Source: a virus
Taxonomy: Duplodnaviria > Heunggongvirae > Uroviricota > Caudoviricetes
Reading direction: 5' to 3' (one strand)
IMG/VR virus record: IMGVR_UViG_3300037225_000328
Location: 45,793-109,792 of that record
Length of the DNA: 64,000 nucleotides
Shown one piece after another: positions 18,991-28,674 of this stretch (positions within the stretch are counted from its first letter, which is position 1; every line of letters starts with the position of its first letter). The notes beneath the pieces were generated by a model. The model was not told where the DNA came from, made no database searches, and saw only the letters and a program-made list of their open reading frames with translations. Position numbers and translations under genes: made by a program.

Positions 18991-20123
18991 GGGGTTGTAA
19001 TAACAATCGCATCAGGTTTAATTTGCTCTATATCACCAGCATATCGAATCAACTGCCCGGTGCCGGGAACAAAACGACCAGCTTTATTTTTGTCTGAGTC
19101 AATTACGATAGGAAACTGGTCGCAATTAATACTAAACAAATTTAAAAATGTTGCGCCTTTTCCAGTGCCACCCCAAAACGCCAAGACTGGATATTCTTTT
19201 TGAAGTTGTGCTAAAGCCACTGGAACATTAGTAAGCTGACTTTGCCATTTATCTTCAAAGGCGTCAAATCTTTTCTTTATCACTTTAATGCCAAAATTAG
19301 AAGGTGTTACACAGGCTACTAGAACTTCTCCAGAATAATATGAATCCACACTATTAAGTACATAACTTGATGTACTTAACATTGTAGAGAGACTTCGACA
19401 ATTAAAATTAGACACATGTTCATATAAATAGTCGCCGCACCGCCCTAACTCCAAGGCATGGCTAAAACTAGGAACTTCATAAATACAAACAGGTTTCAAA
19501 TCATATTGTAGACTCCAATAGGCAATCTCAGCAATAAAGTCTCTTGGCTGTTCTAAATGTTCAATAACATGCCGACAAACAATTAAACCCGGTTGATATC
19601 GCTTTATATCTCGTTCAGGAACAAAATAGTCTTGTACTACTTCAAAATCAGTAATCTTCTTTGCTTCAATACCAGGCTCGAAACCCAAAAATTTTTCATC
19701 GGGTGCCCACTTCTTTAATAACGAAAAGAATTGACCATCGCCACAGCCAATATCAATAGCAACTTTATTATGCCATACATCTCGGTATTTAAACGCCAGT
19801 CGCCCAATATCACATAAATGTTCTTGCCATGCTCCGCCATTATTATACATTAAATTGGAATCCTCAGCGTAGGGGATTCTAGTATAATCAAATTGAATAT
19901 TCCACACATGCCCACAAAAGGCACACATTCTAAAATCCATTGGATACCGCAAAGCCTCAATCGCATCAATTTGACTTCGGGGCAAATTTAACGCTGCCAA
20001 TGGTTGTGGCCCGGGGTTAAAAAGAGGGTATGAAGTGGCGTGGCCGCAGGCGATGCATCTCATAATAATCCTCAATACTTTCTGCAATAACTTGTGGCGA
20101 TAAACTTTGCCATTGCTTTCCAT
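18894..20123 (-). CDS. SAM-dependent methyltransferase, sugar C-methyltransferase-like three-domain architecture
   Basis: N-terminal Zn-ribbon (CIACGH...CAFCGHVW). SAM motif I DIGCGDGQFF. C-terminal Methyltransf_14-like domain, as in TylCIII-family deoxysugar 3-C-methyltransferases. Confidence 0.55.
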   Translation of the reverse strand: MESNGKVYRHKLLQKVLRIIMRCIACGHATSYPLFNPGPQPLAALNLPRSQIDAIEALRYPMDFRMCAFCGHVWNIQFDYTRIPYAEDSNLMYNNGGAWQEHLCDIGRLAFKYRDVWHNKVAIDIGCGDGQFFSLLKKWAPDEKFLGFEPGIEAKKITDFEVVQDYFVPERDIKRYQPGLIVCRHVIEHLEQPRDFIAEIAYWSLQYDLKPVCIYEVPSFSHALELGRCGDYLYEHVSNFNCRSLSTMLSTSSYVLNSVDSYYSGEVLVACVTPSNFGIKVIKKRFDAFEDKWQSQLTNVPVALAQLQKEYPVLAFWGGTGKGATFLNLFSINCDQFPIVIDSDKNKAGRFVPGTGQLIRYAGDIEQIKPDAIVITTPWRTQDICLELTARGITCPVFTLRQQTIQRVQ

Positions 20124-20219
20124 CTAAAGAAATACCGCAGTAAACTTCCCGCCCATTTTTAGTTCGATGAATCGAAGCCACAACTCCTAAAGTACCCGTA
20201 GCACAACAACAAACTTTTC

Positions 20220-20474
20220 CTATTTTCGATTCTGGCATATTTCACAACCTTTTAATTTAAGAGTTTGTCCGTGACATTGCATTACAATTCTTGCGCAATG
20301 ACATGCATCATTGTGCAAAATAAATAATTCCCTAGAGAGGCAATCAGGCCACAATGAATAAAAACAAAATGGATTATTTGGATCTCGTTTATAGCCTTCA
20401 ATGTCTCTAGGCGGTTCCCAACTTTCTTTTTCATATAAAATAAAGCCATCAGATATTTGTGGAGACTTTAACAT
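20220..20474 (-). CDS. small Cys-rich (zinc-binding?) protein, paralog of 34511..34996
   Basis: EPPRDIEGYKRDPNNP...LWPDC...DACHCARIVMQC...C.ICQ is shared with 34511..34996. Confidence 0.45.
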   Translation of the reverse strand: MLKSPQISDGFILYEKESWEPPRDIEGYKRDPNNPFCFYSLWPDCLSRELFILHNDACHCARIVMQCHGQTLKLKGCEICQNRK

Positions 20475-21073
20475 GCTCTTGTTTCTGTAAAATTTATTGA
20501 ACTGTAAACAATACCTTGTGGATCTACTTCAATATGAAGATAAATAGTATCTGTCGTTGTGCCGTAAGCTTGAGCTAATAAATCAATTTGTGCCGCGACA
20601 CCTGCCTGGGTATTATAATACCCGATAACTCCAAATTGTGGAATTCTATAAGTCATATCAGAAAGAACAGATCCATCTAATCGACTCGTTATAATTACAC
20701 GAATATTTTCATACCCAGCATAATACGGGACGGACCTAGATTGTTGATGATTAATACAAGGCCCCCAACCACCGCCCCCACCTGAACAATCACCACACCA
20801 ACCTTTTCCTAAAGCTGTTTCAAGTTTGTCAATAATTCCAGTTTTCCATTTATCAATTGTTTCCTCAAAAGTATTCTCCGGGCAAATATGCTTTAATACC
20901 GCTTGAGCCTTTTTAATATCACTAACTGACCAAAGATGTGGATCTGTAACTTCATCTAATTTATCGGCTTTGGGGCATGTCCCAGGGGGGTTTTGACCTT
21001 GCTCATTAATATCATCAATCAATTTATTCCACTGATAAATTTTAAATGGTCCGCTGTCATAATATACACTCAT
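20468..21073 (-). CDS. hypothetical protein
   Basis: 201-aa ORF containing WCGDCSGGGGGWGPC. Confidence 0.4.
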   Translation of the reverse strand: MSVYYDSGPFKIYQWNKLIDDINEQGQNPPGTCPKADKLDEVTDPHLWSVSDIKKAQAVLKHICPENTFEETIDKWKTGIIDKLETALGKGWCGDCSGGGGGWGPCINHQQSRSVPYYAGYENIRVIITSRLDGSVLSDMTYRIPQFGVIGYYNTQAGVAAQIDLLAQAYGTTTDTIYLHIEVDPQGIVYSSINFTETRAC

Positions 21074-21609
21074 AGAAATCTCCCCAGAATTTCATCAAGC
21101 GAAAATGGACGCCATTCACCAAAAAGTCTATACGCATTATCCATACCAACATCAATCGCTCGACGACCTGGCCAGATTCTATTTAAAATTTCTTCCATTG
21201 AACCGTGGCAGTGACCATACAGATGAATTGAGCCATGCTCACGCGCCCTCCATGAAGCAAGTGGATAGTGAGACATGTGAATCTTTTGCTTACCAAACTT
21301 CCGATAAACCATATTATTCATCGACGAAACATGACTTCTCAAAGACGAGGAATCATGATTTCCAGTAACCACATGAATCTTTCGGCACTTAATTCGTTGA
21401 CGATAGTGTCCATACTTAGACGCCTTCCATGCAAAATCACCGAGTATCCATAACTCATCATTTGGCCACACATGTTCATTAATGCCATTAATAATCGCAG
21501 CATCCATCGCTGCAACATCACAACCAAATAAAGCGCTTCGCTCTGGTTGATGTCGTAGAATCCCGGCGTGTCCAAAATGTGTGTCAGCAGTCCAGAAGAT
21601 ATTAGGCAA
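21070..21609 (-). CDS. calcineurin-like metallophosphoesterase
   Basis: ADTHFGH, ILGDFA, VVTGNHD motifs. Confidence 0.6.
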   Translation of the reverse strand: MPNIFWTADTHFGHAGILRHQPERSALFGCDVAAMDAAIINGINEHVWPNDELWILGDFAWKASKYGHYRQRIKCRKIHVVTGNHDSSSLRSHVSSMNNMVYRKFGKQKIHMSHYPLASWRAREHGSIHLYGHCHGSMEEILNRIWPGRRAIDVGMDNAYRLFGEWRPFSLDEILGRFL

Positions 21610-21847
21610 GTTCAGCTAACTCCTTCTGTAACTGTGCAATCAGTTCCGTCAATTCAGCCTTCTTTGCTTCTCGTGCCTCCGTATACAAGCGTACTGCTTC
21701 ATCCGCAGCCGCCGTAAGTTCCTTACTCAAACGCCGAGCCGCCTTAGCCGTCAGCACAAAGGCATCAAAGGAAAAACTATCAGGATCGGTAATAACCACA
21801 TACATCTTACCATCCGTCAAACTCTCAAAAACACTAGCCTGTACCAT
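21602..21847 (-). CDS. hypothetical small helical protein
   Basis: Strong SD GAGGAG at plus 21856-21861 and a consensus promoter upstream. Confidence 0.45.
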   Translation of the reverse strand: MVQASVFESLTDGKMYVVITDPDSFSFDAFVLTAKAARRLSKELTAAADEAVRLYTEAREAKKAELTELIAQLQKELAELA

Positions 21848-21884
21848 TGTTCAATCTCCTCGTTAAAAAAGTTACCACTATTAC

Positions 21885-21912
21885 ATTATACCATCTCAAA
21901 CGGCTAAGTCAA
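21885..21912 (-). promoter_or_regulatory. sigma70-consensus promoter TTGACT-N16-TGgTATAAT
   Basis: Minus strand reads ctcTTGACTtagccgtttgagaTGgTATAATgtaa. The -35 lies at plus 21907-21912 and the -10 at plus 21885-21890, with a 16-nt spacer and an extended TG. Confidence 0.6.
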
Positions 21913-22392
21913 GAGATTTTTTCTTGATTTTATTTCTTCATCAGTAGGTTGTGAAGTATTTTGATCTAAATATTCGGCTGCCTTTCTTAAAAGCGTTGAA
22001 TTATCTTGAAATTGTCCTAATCCAAAATTACATCGACCACACAAAAGTCCGCGAACTTTTTTAGTTAAATGATCATGATCAACAAGAAAATTAGTATTAT
22101 ATTTACCCAACGGTAATTTGCTGCCACAAATAGCACAAACTCCATTTTGCTTTTTAAGCATAATATTATATTCTTGTAAAGTGGTATCGAAATTCTTTTT
22201 TAATTCTCTGTTACGGCCAATATCTGGATTTTCTTTGTTATACTTTTTAACACGTTGTTTTATTTTTTCCTTATGTCGTTGATAATGTTCTGCTTTTTGA
22301 ATTTTTAAACATGTTTTACAATATACATTCCTATAATCTCTATTAGAGTCTGTCAATAAAATTCCACATCTGGCACAGCCTTTTTCTTTCAT
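21904..22392 (-). CDS. HNH endonuclease, T4 endonuclease VII-like (second copy)
   Basis: CAICGSK...VDHDHLTKKVRGLLCGRCNFGLGQF. Confidence 0.65.
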   Translation of the reverse strand: MKEKGCARCGILLTDSNRDYRNVYCKTCLKIQKAEHYQRHKEKIKQRVKKYNKENPDIGRNRELKKNFDTTLQEYNIMLKKQNGVCAICGSKLPLGKYNTNFLVDHDHLTKKVRGLLCGRCNFGLGQFQDNSTLLRKAAEYLDQNTSQPTDEEIKSRKNLLT

Positions 22393-23564
22393 TGATATCC
22401 CCGTAACCAGTGTTCATCCGGTTTATCATGAAGTTCATACCAACCTTTCCCGTATAAATCTTGTAGTCGCTCAAAGTATGTTTGATATTGCCATTTTACA
22501 TTTTCCATTGAATAGAGTTTCACAGCCCTGTCGTGAGTATACTGTCTATCGAGTAATGGTACATTCCGCGCTGCATGGCAAAATTCATTCAGCGTGTGAC
22601 AACGAAATCCAGTGCGGCCATGTTCAACAGTTTCAGTAAAAGCCCCAAAATCTGTTGTGATAGCCGGCGTCCCGGCCATTTGTGATTCCACTGCGACCGC
22701 CCCGAAGGGCTCGATATATATGGTACTAATAAATGTACCTATAGCATTCTGATACAATTCGGCGCGTTTATTACCAGTGGCAAAACCTACATATTCTAAA
22801 TTATCACCTTCATAAACTGCACCGTCAGCACAGAAAATCTTATTCCCTTCAACCTTAGTGCAACCCTGTCCTGCAAGCTTCAATTTGACTCCGAGATTCT
22901 TGCAAGTTTCAACTGCGATGTGAATTCCTTTTCTCCGGATAAGTCGGCCAAGATATAGGTAATAATCTCCTTTTTTAAGTTGGAGAGGATAATCATCTGG
23001 ATTCAGATAATTAGGAATTACTGCATCATAGAGATGGCCATCAGGGTCATAACCACCTTGCGCACCCCATATCTTGTGCATATGAGAATAAGACTCAAAC
23101 ACACGATACTTAGTAAAAGTTCCATTATAACCAATGCCGTATTCAACAGCCATAAGTTCAGGAAGAGCATCTGCTACCGGCTTGCCAATTGTTCCGTTCA
23201 TTATACACAAGAAGTCCCCTGGCTTACAACGGCGCTTAATCGCTGCACTAGCGCGGGCATTCATCAGCTTCCAGTATTCAGCATTTCCAGACCAATCGAC
23301 TTCGTATAAGGCGTCGGGATTGTATTTACCAAAGTAACTTTCTTGTTCATTCTTTGACAAAATTTGAACGTGTTCGTCACATTCAGGGTTACTCCCTTCA
23401 ACTCCATAGTGAAATACCGTGTGGCCTAGAGATTTCATCATAGCACAAAAATGAAAAATCTTCATCGTGAAGGCGCACGCAGAGTGACTCATATTTGTGA
23501 CAGTGTGTGGTAGCGCAGGCACGTGAAATCTAAATGACTTTATCATGTATAACTCCTTCTTCAA
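22389..23564 (-). CDS. GT-B glycosyltransferase (GT4/GT1-like)
   Basis: EX7E-type motif EPFGAVAVESQMAGTPAITTDFGAFTETVEHGRTGF. Confidence 0.6.
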   Translation of the reverse strand: MKKELYMIKSFRFHVPALPHTVTNMSHSACAFTMKIFHFCAMMKSLGHTVFHYGVEGSNPECDEHVQILSKNEQESYFGKYNPDALYEVDWSGNAEYWKLMNARASAAIKRRCKPGDFLCIMNGTIGKPVADALPELMAVEYGIGYNGTFTKYRVFESYSHMHKIWGAQGGYDPDGHLYDAVIPNYLNPDDYPLQLKKGDYYLYLGRLIRRKGIHIAVETCKNLGVKLKLAGQGCTKVEGNKIFCADGAVYEGDNLEYVGFATGNKRAELYQNAIGTFISTIYIEPFGAVAVESQMAGTPAITTDFGAFTETVEHGRTGFRCHTLNEFCHAARNVPLLDRQYTHDRAVKLYSMENVKWQYQTYFERLQDLYGKGWYELHDKPDEHWLRGYQ

Positions 23565-25473
23565 TCTCGCTATAAATGCCCTGGAATTCCCCTAATGTCA
23601 TCTTCTCCAGATCCCTATTTTGCTTTAAAACTTTTAATACTGCCTCATCTGAGGAAAGATGGATGAGGTCTACAATCGTGCAACCCCGGTTCATATCAGC
23701 TCCAATTCTGTGAATTCTATCCTCACTTTGCGTCCGGCTCTCCGCTTCATAGCTATTTGACCAGTACACAGCCATCCGAGACTCTTGAAGATTTAATCCC
23801 ATTCCGCCACTTTTGGGGTGGGCCACAAAGGCTACACGAGAATTATCTAAATCAACCCAATAATCCAGAATATCTTTACCAGCAAGTTGCTTACCTTCAA
23901 CATCAAAAATTGAACCTCCACGACCATCCAATTGACAAACAGCCCACTTATTTTTTATACAAATTTTTGTAATTTTGTCAATTGAGCCAGTAAAGCCTGC
24001 AAAAATTACAATGCGACCTTGCTCTTCGCACTCATCTAGTAAATCAATTAAAGCCGGCTCTTTTGGACAAGCAACTTCCCGAACAATGCGTTCAATGTGA
24101 TCTACTTCCATCGATCCACCACATGTTCCACAGGGCCATGTTACTTTCGTCAAAGTAGCCACATATTCTGGATCTAGGTAATCTGTCATATCATAAACTT
24201 TTTCCTCATCATCAGGATCGATCCAGACTGGTTTTGTTCCATCTTGACAAACGGGGCATTTTGTTTTTCCAACTATCTTCTCACGATATTGGAATCCATC
24301 GCTTAACTCTCTGAGTAATGTCAATCCAACAATTGTACTAGGAGCTGAACCTAAAATTGACTGAGCAACTCGGAGTGTTGTTGGTGTCGGCTCACACTTA
24401 ACAATTCGATATTGTTTTTCAGGGAGATCCAGACAATCTTTCTTATGCTTTACTACAACTAATCCCTTTAAACGCTCATACAGATAATCGCATTCATTAA
24501 CGCTAGATTGAAATTGATGGGCTTCTGATTGCGTAGCCGAAGCAAATTCATCGTGCGGCCCGTCATCATAAAGCTTCCCACACACCGAACACTTAGCTTC
24601 ATCATCCTTCCAACCTATTCGGTGTGGATATACACCAGATAAGCCTTCTTTATTAACAATAAAAGCCAATCGCTTTTCAAAGGCTGAAGGATGTCCTTCT
24701 TTAATCCACCCTGGATATGCAATCTCGGTTTGGCTCCACCAATCTATCGGACTCTTCGGACTAGGTGTGCCGCTCATCAAAATTACATACCCTTCAAACC
24801 CCCAATCCGACCGAATCCCGTCGGCAAGAGCCTGTGCTGCTTGTGATCGCTGTGCATTGGCATTTTTGCAACGACTTGATTCGTCAAATATAACTCCATG
24901 TGGTGCTTGTCCTTCCCAATTCGCCATCCGTTTAACCAAACCCTCGTAAGTCATTACCTCAATATCAAGAGTCTTACTAACACCCCACTTTTTAAATTCT
25001 CGTTCAACTGCCAACAGCCCGCTTTTAGGCCCGATCCAAAACCACCGTGGGCGTTCCGACTTTTCCATGACTTCAATAGCCGATAAAGTTTTACCCGTTC
25101 CCATTTCTGCCGCCCAAATTTGGTAATGATAGGTAAGTCCTAAATTGCTCATATCCTTTTGATGTAGCATTAATGGGCGAGTATATGTATAACATTTAAC
25201 TTCTCTATCAAACCAAGAAAAAGGATTCTCCCCCATTAAAAATTGAAGTTGAATTCGGTTTCTAAGACAATCTTTTACCTTCCATACTTTACGGGGATTC
25301 TCTTCAGCAAAACCAAGCCATTTTGCTCCTTTCATACTTTTAATCTCGTCTTTTAACGCGAATGGGGATTTTAAGAAATAAATATATCCATCCTCATTAA
25401 AATCAAGTTTAGCGGGGGCTTTACGCCGCCCGCTTGAAGTTTCATAAATCAATTTCGTATCAATGATACTCAT
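23530..25473 (-). CDS. SNF2/DEAD-like helicase with Zn-finger inserts
   Basis: Motif I AAEMGTGKT; motif II IFDESSRCKN; motif VI QSEDRIHRIGA. CxxC inserts (KCSVCGK, KCPVCQD, WPCGTCGG). Confidence 0.7.
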   Translation of the reverse strand: MSIIDTKLIYETSSGRRKAPAKLDFNEDGYIYFLKSPFALKDEIKSMKGAKWLGFAEENPRKVWKVKDCLRNRIQLQFLMGENPFSWFDREVKCYTYTRPLMLHQKDMSNLGLTYHYQIWAAEMGTGKTLSAIEVMEKSERPRWFWIGPKSGLLAVEREFKKWGVSKTLDIEVMTYEGLVKRMANWEGQAPHGVIFDESSRCKNANAQRSQAAQALADGIRSDWGFEGYVILMSGTPSPKSPIDWWSQTEIAYPGWIKEGHPSAFEKRLAFIVNKEGLSGVYPHRIGWKDDEAKCSVCGKLYDDGPHDEFASATQSEAHQFQSSVNECDYLYERLKGLVVVKHKKDCLDLPEKQYRIVKCEPTPTTLRVAQSILGSAPSTIVGLTLLRELSDGFQYREKIVGKTKCPVCQDGTKPVWIDPDDEEKVYDMTDYLDPEYVATLTKVTWPCGTCGGSMEVDHIERIVREVACPKEPALIDLLDECEEQGRIVIFAGFTGSIDKITKICIKNKWAVCQLDGRGGSIFDVEGKQLAGKDILDYWVDLDNSRVAFVAHPKSGGMGLNLQESRMAVYWSNSYEAESRTQSEDRIHRIGADMNRGCTIVDLIHLSSDEAVLKVLKQNRDLEKMTLGEFQGIYSEIEEGVIHDKVI

Positions 25474-25967
25474 CTTAAATCTTCCAGATAAAAGGTTTGA
25501 CCTTGCGGGTGTTTTTTTCCAAAAACATCGGCTAATCCAATAGCTTGGAACTGTAAATACACTTTATCAAAACAAGCTCGAATCTCTTCATCTTGATCCT
25601 TCCGACAACCTCGCAAAACCGCCGATTTCCATTGTTTTAATGTACCCCCCACAATAAGGGCTTGAACCCCTCGTATTCGAGTCTCTGATAGTGCAAATCC
25701 CATACCGTCAAGAATCTCCATGATTAGAAGCATGTTTTGTTCATCCGCAGCTATGATGAATACAAAATACAACAAATTGTAGATATCTTGATAGTTTTTT
25801 GAATCTTTATTTCGGAACCCTGCCAAACACGCCATTAGATGGGGAAGTCCCGAAAGGCCAGCGGTGTCGGCTGCGCGTGCAGGAGAATAGCCTAACATCT
25901 CATTAGCAAGAGCTAAGAACGTAGGCAAATCATAGGCAGGTTTTGAAATCAATAAAACATCAATCAT
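25470..25967 (-). CDS. hypothetical protein
   Basis: 165-aa ORF; ATGA overlap with SNF2. Confidence 0.4.
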   Translation of the reverse strand: MIDVLLISKPAYDLPTFLALANEMLGYSPARAADTAGLSGLPHLMACLAGFRNKDSKNYQDIYNLLYFVFIIAADEQNMLLIMEILDGMGFALSETRIRGVQALIVGGTLKQWKSAVLRGCRKDQDEEIRACFDKVYLQFQAIGLADVFGKKHPQGQTFYLEDLR

Positions 25968-26047
25968 TAAGCGTCTTAACTAATTTCTCAAGTAACTCTT
26001 TAATTTGATCAATGAGTCTTAATTGTAATAGCAACTTTTCACGTTTC

Positions 26048-26269
26048 TTACTTGGGGGTGGTACATGTCCCATTCCACTTTCTCCAATTCCAAATTGCTA
26101 AAGCTAAACATACTAAATCAATAAACAAAGCACTCCACAATTGAATTTGAATTGCGTATAGTGACCAACCAATATTGCCGATAATACTAAATAACCAACC
26201 AATCTTCCTCTTTTTACCTGTGTAGTAAATAGACAATATGATAAATATATTTGATATCCAACCCAGCAT
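26048..26269 (-). CDS. small membrane protein (holin-like topology)
   Basis: 73 aa with 2-3 TM segments. Confidence 0.35.
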   Translation of the reverse strand: MLGWISNIFIILSIYYTGKKRKIGWLFSIIGNIGWSLYAIQIQLWSALFIDLVCLALAIWNWRKWNGTCTTPK

Positions 26270-26476
26270 TTATTTTCCCCATTTTATTTGATGCCAGAGT
26301 TCGTCATGAGGAACAAATAAACCAAGCTTTATCAAGATACATACCAACGTAAAAATAAGGCAGTTCCCCAAATTACCGAAGATATAGTAAGCTAACCACA
26401 AACAAATAAAATTTGAAATAAATTCCCAGGAAACCGCTTTTACAAAAGTCCGTTTAAACGAATGTGGTCTAACCAT
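26270..26476 (-). CDS. small membrane protein
   Basis: 68 aa with 2 TM segments. Confidence 0.35.
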   Translation of the reverse strand: MVRPHSFKRTFVKAVSWEFISNFICLWLAYYIFGNLGNCLIFTLVCILIKLGLFVPHDELWHQIKWGK

Positions 26477-27155
26477 GAATCCTCATCCTCCGTAATATTT
26501 CTAAAGCCATCGGTATAGCAGTATTAATAGTCACATCTTTTCGTTCTCTTAGTTTATATTCAATGGTGCTTGCTAGCTTATGCGCAGGTTCATACTTCCA
26601 TCCATTATGGGACATTACTTGATCTTCAATATACTCATGAGCAATAAGAAAAGGCCACTCCTCCGTGTGTGTAAGGGCCTCGATCCAAAGTTCATTCGTT
26701 GGTATAAATTTATACCGTGCGCCATTACCGCCCTCAATGAAATCTACTTTAAAGCGATTACGAATAATAAAACCATTGACTGTCCAGATGGTAAACTGCT
26801 CATAATTTGCTATGTGACTAACTCGAATATCGCCTGGTTGTTTTACCCTATAATTTGAGCGCATTTGTCTCTCATAAACTAACGCACGATTATAAGCCTC
26901 TTCCTTTGGCATCCCTCCAAGCATTAGCTTTTCACGCCAAAGTAAATTCGCAACAACAAATGGAATTTCAATTTGCGAGACATCATCTTCCACCCAAATC
27001 TCATTTTTAGGGACCAATAGGGGGAAATCTGTATGAATTGCGCTTTCTCCAAATTCTTCATTCCTGGGGCTAGAGTTTCTAACTTCTTCACCACAAACTG
27101 AAAAAGCCGTATATGGGCCATACTGCCCTATTTTTGTTTTTTGAAAATCTGGCAT
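26469..27155 (-). CDS. hypothetical protein
   Basis: 228-aa ORF. Confidence 0.4.
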   Translation of the reverse strand: MPDFQKTKIGQYGPYTAFSVCGEEVRNSSPRNEEFGESAIHTDFPLLVPKNEIWVEDDVSQIEIPFVVANLLWREKLMLGGMPKEEAYNRALVYERQMRSNYRVKQPGDIRVSHIANYEQFTIWTVNGFIIRNRFKVDFIEGGNGARYKFIPTNELWIEALTHTEEWPFLIAHEYIEDQVMSHNGWKYEPAHKLASTIEYKLRERKDVTINTAIPMALEILRRMRIHG

Positions 27156-27688
27156 TATTTAACCTCTGCCACAAATTGAACTTCCTTTGGCATCATACAA
27201 ACATTGTTGCTGCAAGCTGTATATCGAATTGTCCCTCGTACTGTGGGATACCCCTTTACAATATTAGGGAATCGTAATATAAATCCCCACACTACGGATC
27301 CTTCAAAAACCTCCCCGGATGCACTTAGCTCACTAATAACTACCGCAGGAATATAAAGACTTTCACCAATTATTTCAAAATTTGCACCTGATTCAATTGT
27401 AATCTGTGTGTATGGATTTGTTGAATTTGGAAGTTTAGGATAAATATGATACCCAGAAGAAATAATAGCCGTAACTTTTAAATCAAAATAACCTTCCCTG
27501 TCACACGGAGTCAATGTAGTTGAAATTGTTACCGGATTTTCAACAATAGGAGTCACAGATTGATCCGTGCAAAATGAACTAACAAGAGCCACGGCAACAA
27601 CAGCCAATACACCTAAACCTAAAATTGAGCGTGCATATTTCCACATTATTAAACTCCTAAACAACAGAAAGCCGGGAGCGGTCGCCAA
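27155..27688 (-). CDS. secreted or membrane-anchored protein
   Basis: N-terminal hydrophobic signal-like segment ILGLGVLAVVAVALVSSF. Confidence 0.4.
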   Translation of the reverse strand: MATAPGFLLFRSLIMWKYARSILGLGVLAVVAVALVSSFCTDQSVTPIVENPVTISTTLTPCDREGYFDLKVTAIISSGYHIYPKLPNSTNPYTQITIESGANFEIIGESLYIPAVVISELSASGEVFEGSVVWGFILRFPNIVKGYPTVRGTIRYTACSNNVCMMPKEVQFVAEVK

Positions 27689-27712
27689 TGCCGCTCCCGG
27701 TCAGAGACAAAA

Positions 27713-28453
27713 TTATCGAGCCCGGCGTTTAGTAGCTGGTGCTTCTTCAACCTTTTCCACTTCTCCACTCTTTAGAGCATAAAACTTCTTAATTTCATCC
27801 GTGACAACATCAATAGGTGGAAGATTAGTAAAAGGAGTGGTACATTGGAAACTTACTGGCACATGCCAACCCCATGAACCCTTTGTAATATACTTAGCCT
27901 TCAAAGTACATGGAAGTGGTCCACGCGCTTCAACAGTCTTTCCAGTCCTTTCACTGATTTGAGCGGCGGCTGCTGGAGAGATCGGACAGAAACTAAGAAA
28001 TCGAGTTGATTCCCTACGACCAGATGCCGTTCCAAAAAACAATTCATAGAACTGGGCCTTATTTCTCTCAAATACAAGAAAACAAACACCATACATACAA
28101 TGGCTATTATCTTCTTCATCGGACGCCTTTTTCATTCGCTGATATTCTGGCGACTGAGAATCATAACTTACAATAACATTATCCCGATCCGCCATATCAA
28201 TAGCCTTTGGTCGCCAGGCGAATGGTATAACATCAATCTCTGTTCCCAAATCTTCAATATTGTCTTCACTAACTGGAACCCCGTAATGTCCAGGGCCAAT
28301 TAACTGTAAATCAACATACTTACCTTTTGTATAAAGCTGAATACGTTGGAGAAAGGTTGAATTCTGAATAACCCCACGAAAAACATCCATACTGGGGGCT
28401 AGATCCGGCAATGATTCAACTTGATAAACTGGAACCAACTCATTCTTTGACAT
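27713..28453 (-). CDS. hypothetical protein
   Basis: 246-aa ORF with a basic C-terminal tail. Confidence 0.4.
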   Translation of the reverse strand: MSKNELVPVYQVESLPDLAPSMDVFRGVIQNSTFLQRIQLYTKGKYVDLQLIGPGHYGVPVSEDNIEDLGTEIDVIPFAWRPKAIDMADRDNVIVSYDSQSPEYQRMKKASDEEDNSHCMYGVCFLVFERNKAQFYELFFGTASGRRESTRFLSFCPISPAAAAQISERTGKTVEARGPLPCTLKAKYITKGSWGWHVPVSFQCTTPFTNLPPIDVVTDEIKKFYALKSGEVEKVEEAPATKRRAR

Positions 28454-28488
28454 AATAAACTCTCCTCTTTGAAATAGGAATCTAAAAA

Positions 28489-28674
28489 CTACTCTTCATC
28501 AATCGCGTGACCATATGCTGCAATAAATATATTTTGCTCAGTTGCTAAATCAGTTAATTGTCTCCGCAACCTAGCAATTGATTCTGTCTCCCAATTCTTT
28601 AAGTTACATTGTTTTGCTAATTTTCTTACTTCCCGAGTAGACAACTCTTCAATGATACTTTCAGGATTCTTCAT
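28489..28674 (-). CDS. small SAP/Rho_N-like protein
   Basis: LSTREVRKLAKQCNL. Confidence 0.35.
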   Translation of the reverse strand: MKNPESIIEELSTREVRKLAKQCNLKNWETESIARLRRQLTDLATEQNIFIAAYGHAIDEE

